DNA of 63,437 nt, counting the filler, from Chiloscyllium plagiosum (Eukaryota), in NCBI RefSeq assembly GCF_004010195.1. It is 7 parts of one record of this genome, joined end to end, with 100 filler letters (N's around TTAATTAATTAA, not from the genome) between each part and the next. Parts side by side here need not be neighbours in the genome. Positions count along the whole stretch, not along the records: positions 11,898 to 19,617 come from NC_057716.1; positions 19,718 to 35,477 come from NC_057716.1; 5 more parts are not named here. One strand, given 5' to 3'. The translations under genes and the position numbers were made by a program. Positions 12,598 through 23,679 of this stretch are shown here, piece by piece. Numbering within the stretch: position 1 is the first letter of the stretch; every line of letters begins with the position of its first letter. The notes beneath the pieces were generated by a model, which was not told the DNA's origin, did not search any database, and worked only from the letters and a program-made list of their open reading frames with translations.

Positions 12598-14135
12598 ACC
12601 CCGACTCCAATCCTCACTTCCCTGTCTTCTCACTCAAGACCTCTGCCTGTCTTACACTCTCACCATCCTCTCTTTGGCCCTTTGCCAAGAACTGAAGGGT
12701 TCAGAGCAGCAGTTGGTCATTCAGTCCCTCAAGCCTATACTGCCATAACACATGGCGTTATGGCAACCATTTCACTTTTGTGTCTGTGCTGTCTGTAATC
12801 CTTGACTCCGTTGTTAATCAAAAATCTGTCTCGCTCAAATTTGAAATTTGTTCAATGACTCAGCCTCCTCTGCTCTCTGAGGGGAGCAATGCCACAGATT
12901 AACACACATATTTTAGGTTTAATCCATAGAAATCAGATGGTCAGGTGGTTCTTGATTCCGATATCTGAAGTTTGTTTACAACACTAGCTGTTTAGAAAAC
13001 TGTAATATTACAGACATAGAGACATAGACTGTGTTTGGTTCTCCTGTGTATCAGACACATACACACTGCATTGACTCTGTCAGTACATAGTGACTGAAAT
13101 GCAGGCAGGTGCCTTTAGGTCAGGTGTGAGTAACAGCCCTTGACATCAAAGCTGCATTTGACTGCGTGAGACATCAAGAAGCCCTGCTAGAACTTTGAAT
13201 CAGGGGAAACTTGTCTGCTGGTTGGAGTCATGCCTGGTGCATAGGCAGATGGTTGGGATTGTTGGAGGTCAGTCATCTCAGTTCCAGGACATCCTTCGTA
13301 AGGTCAGAAGTAGAGGATGCTTACTGATGTTTGTACAATATTCAGCGCCACTCCTCAGATGTTGAAGCACTCCATGTCCAAATGCAGCAAGACCTGGAGG
13401 ATATCCAGGCTTGGGCTGAAAAGTGGCAAGTAACGTTTGTGTCATATAAATGCTAGACAATGGTCATCTTGAACCAGAATCTAACCACTGCTCCCTGACG
13501 TGTAACGACATTACCACACTGAATCTCTCACAATCAACATCTTGGGGATTTCTATTGACCAGAAACTGGACTATAAATACTGTGATGTCAAGAACAGGTC
13601 AGAGGAATTCTGCCACAAGTAACTCACCTCCTGACTCCCAAAAGCCTGTCAACCATCTGCACAGCACAAGTCAGGAGTGTGATGGAATACTCCATTTGCC
13701 GAGATGGCAATAGCTCCAACTACACTAAGAGCACTGACACCATACAGACAAAGTAGCCCACTTGATTGGCATCATATCCATATGTTCAGTCCCTCCACCA
13801 CCGATACTCAGCAGCAGCAGTGTTTACTATTTACAAGATGTACTGCAGAAATTCACCAAAGCTTCTCAGTTAGCACTCTCCATACCTATGACTATTTCTG
13901 TCTAGAAGGACAAAGGCAGCAGATACATGTAACACCACCACTTGCAAGTTCCCCTCTAAGTAATTTCACATTATGACTTATATTGCCGTTAACATATTGC
14001 CGTTCCTTCACTGGCACTGAGTCAGAATCCTTGAATCCCTCCCTAATGACATTTTGTGTTTGCCTATTGGACATGGACTGCAGCAGTTCAGGAAGGCAAC
14101 TCCTCACCACCTTCTCAAGGGTAGTTTAGAGAGTA

Positions 14136-14353
14136 GGGACTTTATTGCTGGAACAGCACAGCAGGTCAGGCAGCATCCAGGGAACCGGAGATTCGACGTT
14201 TCGGGCACAGGCCCTTCTTCAGGAATTCCTGAAGAAGGGCCTGTGCCCGAAACGTCGAATCTCCGGTTCCCTGGATGCTGCCTGACCTGCTGTGCTGTTC
14301 CAGCAATAAAGTTTCAACTTTGATCTCCAGCATCTGCAGACCTCACTTTCTCC
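14136..14353. mobile_element. 218-bp non-autonomous PLE (family A) hairpin insertion with 14-bp TSD
   Basis: Perfect palindrome 14139-14312 centred on GAATTC. TSD TAGTTTAGAGAGTA at 14122-14135 and 14354-14367. The arms match the terminal repeat of the coding PLE copies. Confidence 0.85.
14225..14260 (+). ncRNA. Minimal hammerhead ribozyme motif (PLE family A); mirror copy on - strand at 14191-14226
   Basis: AUUC-CUGAAGA-A-GGGC-cugu-GCCC-GAAA-CGUC^GAAU: core CUGANGA and GAAA, stem I AUUC/GAAU, stem II GGGC/GCCC, palindromic ACGU in place of stem III, GUC cleavage triplet. Confidence 0.8.
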
Positions 14354-15416
14354 TAGTTTAGAGAGTATAAATACTGGGCCATCCAGCAATGTTCCACATC
14401 CCAATATGGAACTAAAACAGAAAAAGTCACATGTTTGATGTCATAGAAGGTCAAGGCATGTCAAGTTTGGAATCTTCATTCTAACCATAACAAATCTGAG
14501 GTAAGAACTCTGCTCATTGTCTTATATGGGGAACCTAACTTTCCAAACTGTCCCCTGTTTCAAGACTTCCCCTGCAAGGGGAAAGCTATCTCCTTGTCAC
14601 CCCACTTTCCCCTCTGTACTGCTGGCCCCTCCAAACCCCACTGCCCCCTTTAAAATCCCTGCACCCCCATCAGGGCCTCATTTGCTCTGGTTGTAATCTC
14701 ATTGTTTTACATTTTTGGTGCCAGTGGCTTCTCATTAGCCTCTGATAGAGGCTGGGTCTTGATGCCCTGAGCAGTGTGGGTGATTACAGCTGGTTCCGCC
14801 ATTCCCCCTCCCACCATAAACTGAGTTGACGGGGCAGAGCTATGAAGGTGTCTCACCATATTGCAGTTGAACAGAATGGAGTTGGGAGTTTTCGGTGTTC
14901 TTGAGACTTTTTAATTTACTTATTGCCCAGAGGGCAGCAAAGAGGCAACCACATTGCTTTGGGTCTGGAGTAACTTGTAGGCTTGGCCAGGTAGAGATGT
15001 AGTTTCCTTCCCTAAAGGACGTTAGTGAATTAACCATTCCAGAGTGTTTCGAGTAAACCTTGGGTACCATCTCCTGTAGGGTTGGCAGCCCCCTAGGGAG
15101 CAACTGGGATAGTATGGGTTTATCGCTCTGCCAGGCCCGGAGTGTTGCCCCTCACATTTGTGTGGGCCATTTGGCAGCATTCGTGTTTTCTTTTAATAAA
15201 AAAATACCAAGTGATAGAAGTACAGGTGTGCTGTCTGTGTAGTGCCTGCAGGGAGCAGGAGATGTGATTGGAACCTGCATAATGTTTTTGCCTGGGTGCA
15301 TCTCTTCCTGTCTCTGCATCTGGAGCAATCTCTTGCCTGGGAACGAGAATTCTTCTGTCCTTGTGCGCACTAATCATTCATTGCCTTTGGTTCCTCTCTT
15401 TTTATTCTCTCTGCAG

Positions 15417-15615
15417 CTACCCCCTGGCCTTTGTGGCTGCCAAACTGGCACTCGGTATCCCGCTGCCTGACATCAAGAATGCAGTGTCTGGGAAGACCAC
15501 CGCCTGCTTTGAGCCAAGTCTGGATTATATTGTCACCAAGATTCCGCGTTGGGATCTGGACCGTTTCCATGGAGCTTCGCGAGAGATCGGCAGTTCAATG
15601 AAGAGTGTCGGTGAG
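15417..15615 (+). CDS. CPS1: Carbamoyl-phosphate synthetase (CPS1 / CPS III type) internal exon, 199 bp
   Basis: ctctctgcAG| ... |GTGAGT. Encodes (G)[78 protein letters not shown] and DLDRFHG are CPS1-like rather than CAD-like. Confidence 0.95.
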
Positions 15616-16265
15616 GTGAGTGAGTTGTGCCCTGTACCAAATCTCAGCCAGTTCTGACCCACTGGAACTTGATTTCATTTATTGGTCCTTTGAACTGTGT
15701 GTAAGGATCTCCCACCTTCCCATAATTAAGGGGTTATTGTTCGTTTTGTCACTGAGACTGGGTCATACGAGCAAGCCATAAACATTGCTGTATGTTTATA
15801 GAGTCATCGAGATGTACAGCATGGAAACAGACCCTTCGGTCCAACCCATCCATGCCGACCAGGTATCCCAACCCAGTCTAGTCCCACCTGCCAGCACCCA
15901 GCCTATATCACTCCAAATCCTTCCTATTCAAATACCCATCCAAATGCCTCTTAAATGTTGCAATTGTACCAGCGTCCGCCACATCCTCTGGCAGCTCATT
16001 CCATACAAGTACCACCCTCTGTGTGAAAAAGATGCCCCTAAGATCTCTCTTATATCTTACCCCTCTCAACCTAAACCTATGCCCTCTAGTTCTGGACTCC
16101 CCGACCCCAGGGAAAAGACTTTGTCTATTTATCCTATCTATGCCCCTCATAATTTTGTAAACCTCTATAAGGTCACCCCTCTGCCTCCGACACTCCAGGG
16201 AAAACAGCCCCAGCCTGTTCAGGCTCTCCCTATAGCTCAAATCCTCCAACCTTGGCAACATCCTT

Positions 16266-17020
16266 ATGAATTTTGAGAAACTACGCAGAGCAGAGAAAAA
16301 TCACCCATACAGTGTATTCAAAAAGAATGGGTACCCAATGAACACAGTCTGGCGATTTCTCAACAACAAACCTAAACAAGCAGACAAAACATGTCCAGAA
16401 ACCCTAGCCACACTCCCCTACATCAAAGACATCTCGGAAATGACTGCCAGACTACTCAGACCCTTTGGCATCATGGTAGCCCATAAATCCACCAACACAC
16501 TAAAACAGCAACTAATGAACTTGCAAGACCCTATACAGGCAACGAGCAAAACTAATGTAATTTACAAAATACCGTGCAAGGACTGTAACAAACATTACAT
16601 TGGACAAACAGGCAGAAAACTAGCCACCAGGATACGTGAACACTAACTAGCCACAAAAAGACACTCACTAGTATCCTCACAAATGGATGAGGAAGGACAT
16701 CACTTCGACTGGGACAACACATCCATCCTAGGACAAGCCAAACAAAGACACACACGAGAATTCCTAGAAGCACGGCATTCCAACCGGAACTCTATCAACA
16801 AACACATCGAGTAAGACCCCATCTACTACCCTGTGAGAAAAGGGATAGGAAGTGACTTCACCACAGGAAGTAACATCACCAACCCAAACGTATAAATAGA
16901 AAGCAGGAATTTTCAGCGTTGCTTCACCTGAGGCCCACTGAAGATGTTACCTAGTAGGGTAACAAAATGTCTGGAAATGAACCTTGCAGCTCAGTGAGCA
17001 AACCTACATCCAAAACATCC
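16266..17020 (+). mobile_element. 5'-truncated Penelope-like element (family C) with GIY-YIG endonuclease, 8-bp TSD
   Basis: VFKKNGYP..ATLPYIKDISEMTARLLRPFGI..NVIYKIPCKDCNKHYIGQTGRKLATRIREH. TSD ACATCCTT at 16258-16265 and 17021-17028. Decayed hammerhead at 16935-16974. Confidence 0.9.
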
Positions 17021-18022
17021 ACATCCTTGTAAATCTTTTCTGAACCCTTTCAAGTTTCACAACATCTTTTTGATAGGAAGGAGACCAGAATTGCACGCAA
17101 TATTCCAACAGTGGTCTAACCATTGTCCTGTACAGCTGCAACATGACCTCCCAACTTCTGTACTCAATACTCTGACCAATAAAGGAAAGCATACCAAATG
17201 CCTTCTTCACTATCCTATCTACCTGCGACTCCACTTTCAAGGAGCTATGAACCTGCACTCCAAGATGTCTTTGTTCAGCAACACTCCTTAGGACCTTACC
17301 ATTAAGTGTACAAGTCCTGCTAAGATTTGCTTTCCCAAAATGCAGGACCTCTCATTTATCTGAATTAAACTGCCAGTTGTCAGCCTATTGGCCCACCTGA
17401 TCAAGATCCTGTAGTAATCTGAGGTAACTCTCTTCGCTGTTCACTACACCTCCAATTTTGGTGTCATCTGCAAACTTACTAACTGTACCTCTTATGCTCG
17501 CATCCAAATCAGTTATGTAAATGACAAGGCGTAGAGGACCCAGCACCTTGTGACATTCCACTGGTCACAGGCCTCCAATCTGAAAAACAACCCTCCACCA
17601 CCACCCTCTATCTTCTCCTTTTGAGCCAGTCCTGTATCCAAATGGCTAGTTCTCCCTGTATTCCGTGAGATCTAACCTTGCTAACCAGTCTCCCATGGGG
17701 AACCTTGTCGAACGCCTTATTGAAGTCCATATAGATCACATCTACCACTCTACCCTCATCAGTCCTCTTTGTTACTTCTTCAAAAAACTCAATCAAGTTT
17801 GAGAGACATGATTTCCCACACACACAGCCATGTTGACTATCCCTAATCAGTCCTTGACTTTCCAAATACGTGTACATCCTGTCCCTCAGGATTCCCTCCA
17901 ACAACTTGCCCACCACCGCCATCAGGCTCACTGGTCTATAGTTCCCTGGCTTGTCCTTACCACCCTTCTTAAACAGTTGCACCACGTTAGCCAACCTCCA
18001 GTCTTCTGGCACCTCACTTGTG

Positions 18023-18866
18023 TTTAGATCAGAATGGTGCTGGAAAAGCATAGCAGGTCAGGCAGCATCCGAGGAGCAGGAAAATCGACGTTTCGGGCAA
18101 AAGCCCTTTATCAGGAATAGAGGCAAGAAGCCTCCAGAGTGAAGAGATAAATGGGGTGGGTGGGGCTGGGGAGAAGGTAGCAAAGAGTGTAATAGGTGAA
18201 CGGGGATGGGGATAGAAGTGATAGGTCAGAGGGGAGGGTGGAGCAGATAGGTGGGAAGGGAGATTGGCAGGTAGGACAGGTCATGAGGACAGTGCTGAGC
18301 TGGAAGGTTGGAACTGAGGTGAGGGGAGGGGAAATGACGAAACTGGTGAAGTCCACATTGATGCCCTGGTGTTGAAGTGTTCCGAGGCGGAAGATGAGGC
18401 ATTTTTCCTCCAGGCGTCGGGTGGTGAGGGAGCGGCAGTGGACGAGGCCCAGAACCTGCATGCCCTTGGCAGAGTGGGAGGGGGAGTTGAAATGTTGGGC
18501 CATGGGGCGGTGGGGTTGATTGGTGCGGGTGTCCCGGAGATGTTCCCTAAAGCGCTCTGCGAGGAGGCGTCCAGTCTCCCCAATGTAGAGGAGACTGCAT
18601 CGGGAGCAACGGATACAATAAATGACATTGTTTTGTTTCAGATCAGAGTGGTGCTGGAAAAGGACAACAGGTCAGGCAGCATCCGAGGAGCAGGAAAATC
18701 AACGTTTCGAGCAAAAGCCCTTCACGAATAGAGGCAGGACCTGATGAAGGGCTTTTGCTCGAAACGTCAATTTTCCTGCTCCTCGGATGCTGCCTGACCT
18801 GTTGTGCTTTCTCAGCACCATTCTGATTTAAACTCTAGTTTCCAGCATCTGCAGTCCTCACTTTTG
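18023..18866 (-). mobile_element. Penelope-like element (family A) GIY-YIG/3' end with extra inverted terminal repeats, 18-bp TSD
   Basis: Minus-strand IYCIRCSRCSLLYIGETGR..RFREH..AQHFNSPSH..LIFRLGTL..GIN. TSD TCTGGCACCTCAC(T/C)TGTG at 18005-18022 and 18867-18884. Hammerhead core at 18741-18768 (+). Confidence 0.88.
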
Positions 18867-19049
18867 TCTGGCACCTCACCTGTGACTATTGATGATACAA
18901 ATGTCTCAGCAAGAGGCCAAGCAATCACTTCCCTAGCTTCTCAGAGTTCTAGGATACACCTGATCAGGTCCTGGGGATTTATCCACCTTTATGCATTTCA
19001 AGACATCCAGCACTTCGTCTTCCTTAATATGACATTTTGCAAGATGTTC

Positions 19050-19617
19050 ATTTCAAACAAGTATGCTGTTTTGGAAAATGCAGGGGTAATGGATTCTCAG
19101 GGGAACAGCCAAGTTTCTGGTATTGAGACTGGCTCTAATGCAACCAGGGGTACGTCGGGTTCCAAGAGATCAATTGTGTTTGAGGATTCTGTAGTCCGAG
19201 GTAAAGGTAGACGTTTCTATGGCCAGCAGTGAAAAATCAGAATGGTGTGTTGCTTCCCTGGTGCCAGGATCACGGATGTCTCAGAAGGTGCAGAATGTTC
19301 TCAACAGGAAGAGGGGCCTGCAAGAGGTCATTGTCCACGTTGGAACCAACAACATTGGAAGGGAAAAGGTTGAGATTCTGAAGGGAGATTACAGAGAGTT
19401 AGGCAGGAATTTAAAAAGGAGGTCCTCGAGGTAGTAATATCTGGATTATTCCTGGTGCTACGAGCTAGTGAGGGCAGGAATAGGAGGATAGAGCAGATGA
19501 ATGCATGGCTGAGGAGCTGGTGTATGGGAGAAGGATTCACATTTTTGGATCATTGGAATCTCTTTTGGGGTAGAAGTGACCTGTACAAGGGACAGATTGC
19601 ACCTAAATTGGAAGGGG
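19050..19617 (+). mobile_element. CR1 ORF1 esterase fragment
   Basis: SNKYAVLE..EDSVVRG..VIVHVGTNNIGR..MNAWLRSWC..GFTFLDHW, i.e. SGNH esterase of CR1 ORF1. Confidence 0.8.
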
Positions 19618-19717
19618 NNNNNNNNNNNNNNNNNNNNNNNNNNNNNNNNNNNNNNNNNNNNTTAATTAATTAANNNNNNNNNNNNNNNNNNNNNNNNNNN
19701 NNNNNNNNNNNNNNNNN

Positions 19718-20075
19718 CCCCCACCTCATCCTAGTTTCAAACTTCCAGCCCGCACTGTCCCCTTGACTTGTCCGGACTTGTCCGACCTGCCTAGCTCCTT
19801 TTCCACCTATCCACTTCACCCTCTCCTCCCTGTACTATCACCTTCATCTCCTCCCCCACTCACCTATTGTACTCTATGCTACTTTCTCCCCACCCCCACC
19901 ATCCTCTAGCTTATCTCTCCACGATTCAAGCTCTCTGCCTTTATTCCTGATGTAGGGCTTTTGCCCGAAACGTCGATTTTGCTGCTTGTCGGATGCTGCC
20001 TGAACTGCTGTGCTCTTCCAGCACCACTGATCCAGAATCTGGTTTCCAGCATCTGCAGTCATTGTTTTTACCATG
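19718..20075 (+). mobile_element. PLE family A 3' UTR/terminal repeat (hammerhead core mutated to CTGATGT)
   Basis: C/T-rich UTR, then ttcCTGATGTagggcttttgcccGAAAcgtc at ~19945-19975 and the family terminus tccagcatctgcagtc. Confidence 0.8.
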
Positions 20076-20084
20076 AAGTTAGAT

Positions 20085-23045
20085 AGCGAATGGCAAAGCC
20101 CTTAAGAGTATTGATAATGCAGAGGGGTCTTGGTGTGCAGGTTCACAGATCGTTGAAGGCAGCAGTGCAAATAGATTAGTGAAAAAGGCCTATGATTGCC
20201 TTCATTGGAAGGGACATTGAGGTACACTGCATCTTTATAGGACTTTAGTTAAGCCACTCTTGGATTATTGCATGCAGTTCTGTTTACCATACTACCAGAA
20301 GGATGTGGATCGTTTGGAGAGGGTACAGACAAGGTTTATCAAAATGTTAGGAGAAAGTGAGGACTGCAGATACTGGAGATCAGAGTCAAGAGTATGGTGC
20401 TGGAAAAGCACAGCAGGTCAGGCAGCATCCGAGGAGCAGGAGAATTGATGTTTCAGATATAAGCCCTTCATCAGGAAGGACTTATGCCTGAAACATCGAT
20501 TCTCCTGCTCCTTAGATATTATCAAGACGTTGGCTGGTGTGGGTGATTTTAGCAATGTTGTATAAAATCATGAGGGGAATAGATAGAGGAAATAAACAAA
20601 GTTTTTTTCCCTGGGGTGGGGGAGCCCAGAACTAGAGGGCATAGGTTTAGGGTGAACACACAACATTACAGTGCTATATCGGCCCATCATCCCTCGATGT
20701 TGCGCCAACCTGTGGAATCAATCTGAAGTCTATCTATCCTACGCTCTCCCATTTTCATCCATATATTTATCCAATGATCTTTTAATTGCCCTTTAACATC
20801 GGTGAGTCTACTACGGTTGCAGGGAGGGCTGTTCCATGCTCTTACTACTCTGAGTAAAGAAACTACCTCTGACATCTGTCTTATATCTGTCACCCCTCAG
20901 TTTAAAGCTATGTCCCCTCATGCTAGCCATCGCCATCCGAGAAAAAAGGCTCTCACTGTCCAACCTTTCTAATCCTTTAATTATCTTATATGTCTCAATT
21001 AAATTACCTCTTAACCTTTTTCTCTAACGAAAACAGCTCTCAAGTCCTTCAGCCTTTCCTCACAAGACCTTTCCTCCAACATCCTAGAAAATCTCCTCTG
21101 ACTCCTTTCCAAAGTTTCCACATCCTTCCTATAATGCGATGACGAGAACTATATGCAATACTCCAAGTGTGGCCGCACCGTAGTTTTGTACAGCTGCAAT
21201 ATGACCTCGTGGCTCCAAAACGCAATCCCTCTACCAATAAAAGCGAACACACCGTATGCCGCCTTAACAACCCTATCAACCTGGGTGGCAACTTTCAGGG
21301 AACTATGTACATGGATACTGAGATCTTTCTGCTCATCTACACTGCCAAGAATCTTACCATTAGCCCAGTACTCTTTGTGTTGTTATTTCCAAAGTGAATC
21401 ACCTCACACTTTTCTGCATTAAGTTCCAGTTGCCACCTCTCAGCCCAGCTCTGCAGCTTATCTATGTCCCTCTGTAACCTGCAACATCCTTCAGCACTAT
21501 CCACAACTCCACCGACCTTCGTGTCATCTGCAACTTTACTAACTCATCCTTCTACGCCCTCCGCTAGGACATTTATAAATAATGACAAACAGCAGTGGCT
21601 CCAAAACAGATCCTTGCAGTACACCACTAGTAACTCAATCTCATGCCTCTGTATTATGTGCAATAGGGTTGAGTGTGTGCTGCTGGAAAAGCACAGCAGG
21701 TCAGGCAGCATCCGAGGAGCAGGAAAATCGACATTTCGGCCATAAGCCCTTCATTGCCGAAACATCGATTTTTCCCTCTCGACCCTGATCTCCAGCATCT
21801 GCAGTTGTCACTTTCTCCTATGCCCAAAGAACTCAATAAGATTTGTAAGGCATGACCTACCGTTCACAAAACCATGTTGATTATCCCTAATCAACTTATT
21901 CCTCTCTGGATGATGATAAATCCTATCTTTTATAACCTTTTCTAAACTTTACGCACAACTCAAGTAAGGCTCACTGGTCTATAAATACCCGGGTTGTCTC
22001 TAATCCTCTTCTTGAACAAGGGGACAACATTTGCTATCCTCCAGTCTTCAGGCACTATTCCTGTAGACAATGAAGACATAAAGATCAAAGCCAAAAGCTC
22101 TGCAATCTCTTCCCTGGCTTCCCAGAGAATCCTAGGATAAATCCCATCTGGCCCAGGGGACTTGTCTATTTTCATACTTTCCAGAATTGCTAACACCACC
22201 TCTTTGTGAACCTCAATCCTGTCTAGTCTAATAGCCTGTATCTCAGTGTTCTCTTTGACAATATCATCTTTTTCCAGTGTGAATACTGATGACAAATATT
22301 TATTTAGTGCTTCTCCTATCTCCTCTGACTCCACGCACAACTTCATACAGATCATGTCCACTGCTGTGCATTCATCAGTAGTCTTTTGTTACTTCTTCAA
22401 AAAACTCATTCAAGTTATTGAGACACTATTTCCCAGACACAAAGCCATGTTGATTATCCCTAATCAGTCCTTGCCTTTCTAAGTACATGTAACTCCTGTC
22501 CCTCTGAGTCCCACTTTCCAACACTGATGCTCACCACCGATGTCAGGGTCACTGGTGTTATAGTTCCCTGGATTTTGCTTACGCCCTTTCTTTAAAAATG
22601 GCACCACATTAGCCAACCTGTAGTCTTCTGGAACCTCACCTGTGGTGATTAATGATATAAATATCTCAGCAAACAGACCAGCAGTCACTTCTCTTGCTTC
22701 TTGCAGAGTTCTCTTAATGTGTTCATAAAAAGCCTTGGGGTTTTCCTTGATTCCTTTTGCCAAAGATATTCCTTGGCCCTCCTTTGCCTTCCTACTTTCC
22801 TTTAAAAGCAACCGCCTACACTCTGTAATTTTGAAGACCCTCTCCTGTTTTTAGTGTTCTGTACCTGACATATGTTTCCTTTTCTTTCTCTTTCTGTATC
22901 AAACTCACAATAACCATTGAAGTCCTGTACTTACTGCCCTTGCCATTCACTCTTAAATGAGCATGCTGGTCCTGAATTCTCACTATACTACTTTTAAAAT
23001 AGTCCCACTTTCCGAATGTAGATTTACCTGCAAGAAGCCTCATTC
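20085..23045. mobile_element. Cluster of CR1 fragments (+ 20085-20655; - 20660-23045) with small PLE family A hairpin inserts (~20350-20520, ~21665-21820)
   Basis: RT and 3' UTR motifs (LERVQTRF, DKSPGPDGIYPRILWEAREEIA, VPEDWRIANVVPLFKK) and inverted PLE termini. Confidence 0.8.
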
Positions 23046-23140
23046 GGTTCCTTGGGGATAGAGTTGGTTTGTGTGGTATTTTGTGTGTGGACCTCCCAGG
23101 AGATTCTCACTAGCTGTTGCTGATACTCTTTTCCCTGCAG

Positions 23141-23259
23141 GCCTTGCACAGCGGGATCTCAGTGGATGAAATTTATGACCTGACTGCTATTGACAAATGG
23201 TTCTTGTACAGACTGAAGCAAATAGTGATGCTGGAGAAAGAGTTAACCAAACACAACAG
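23141..23259 (+). CDS. CPS1: CPS1/CPS III internal exon, 119 bp
   Basis: ttttccctgcAG| ALHSGISVDEIYDLTAIDKWFLYRLKQIVMLEKELTKHN(S) |GTAAAT. Contains the CPS motif LT.IDKWFLY. Confidence 0.93.
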
Positions 23260-23679
23260 GTAAATGCCCAGAATGATTGAAACATGCAGCTATGTGCATT
23301 GAGCTGTGGAACACACCCAGTCAGAAGGGCCAAGAGAGTGGTGATGTGAAAACTGGTGTGAAAAGTTCAAGGAACGTCTCACAGCTATTCTGAAAGTTGT
23401 TTGGGAAACCTCCAAAGACATTGGCATCCTGCTTGCTCACCTTTGAATCTCCGGCAAAACATGGGTGCGCTCATTGTTGTGCACCCCAGTTGCTGTGTTC
23501 AGCCATCACCAGCTTTATTCGTTCTGTCCCACACATTAGCGGCTCTGCCTTTGCGTCCTGCTGATCTGGCTTGTTATGAAGCAATCCTGGTAAGTAATTC
23601 CATTGAGAATGAAAGACCGTATGAGGAAAGTGTACAATCCCATGTTTCACTGAGGAAGTTAAGGTTGGAACAAGTCAAA

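Larger units (their letters stand above)
13120..14420 (+). mobile_element. Old non-LTR retrotransposon RT/3' end (distinct from the main CR1 family), interrupted at 14136-14353
   Basis: RT remnant ALDIKAAFD.V.HQ at ~13135. The 3' tail (caccaccttctcaaggg...taaatactgggccatccagcaatgttccacatccc) resembles the tail of the second SINE family. Confidence 0.6.
15797..19045 (-). mobile_element. CR1 LINE ORF2 RT + 3' UTR, interrupted by two PLE insertions
   Basis: Minus-strand VPEDWRLANVV.LFKKG..DKPGNYRPVSL, DVIYMDFNKAFDKVPHGRL, YRTMVRPLLEYCVQFWSP, and SLECRRQRGDLIEVYKIM..FFTQRVV..WNELPE. Confidence 0.92.

Noticed and set aside
15417..15615. Assignment of the CPS exons to CAD (CPS II)
   Set aside because: [25 protein letters not shown] and [13 protein letters not shown] match CPS1/CPS III; CAD differs at these positions.
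18083..18118. Further hammerhead copies at 18083-18118 (-), ~19945 (+), ~57570 (-), ~20460, ~21730, ~39145, ~63140
   Set aside because: Core nucleotides are mutated or deleted (CTGATAA, CTGATGT, AAAA for GAAA); treated as dead copies.
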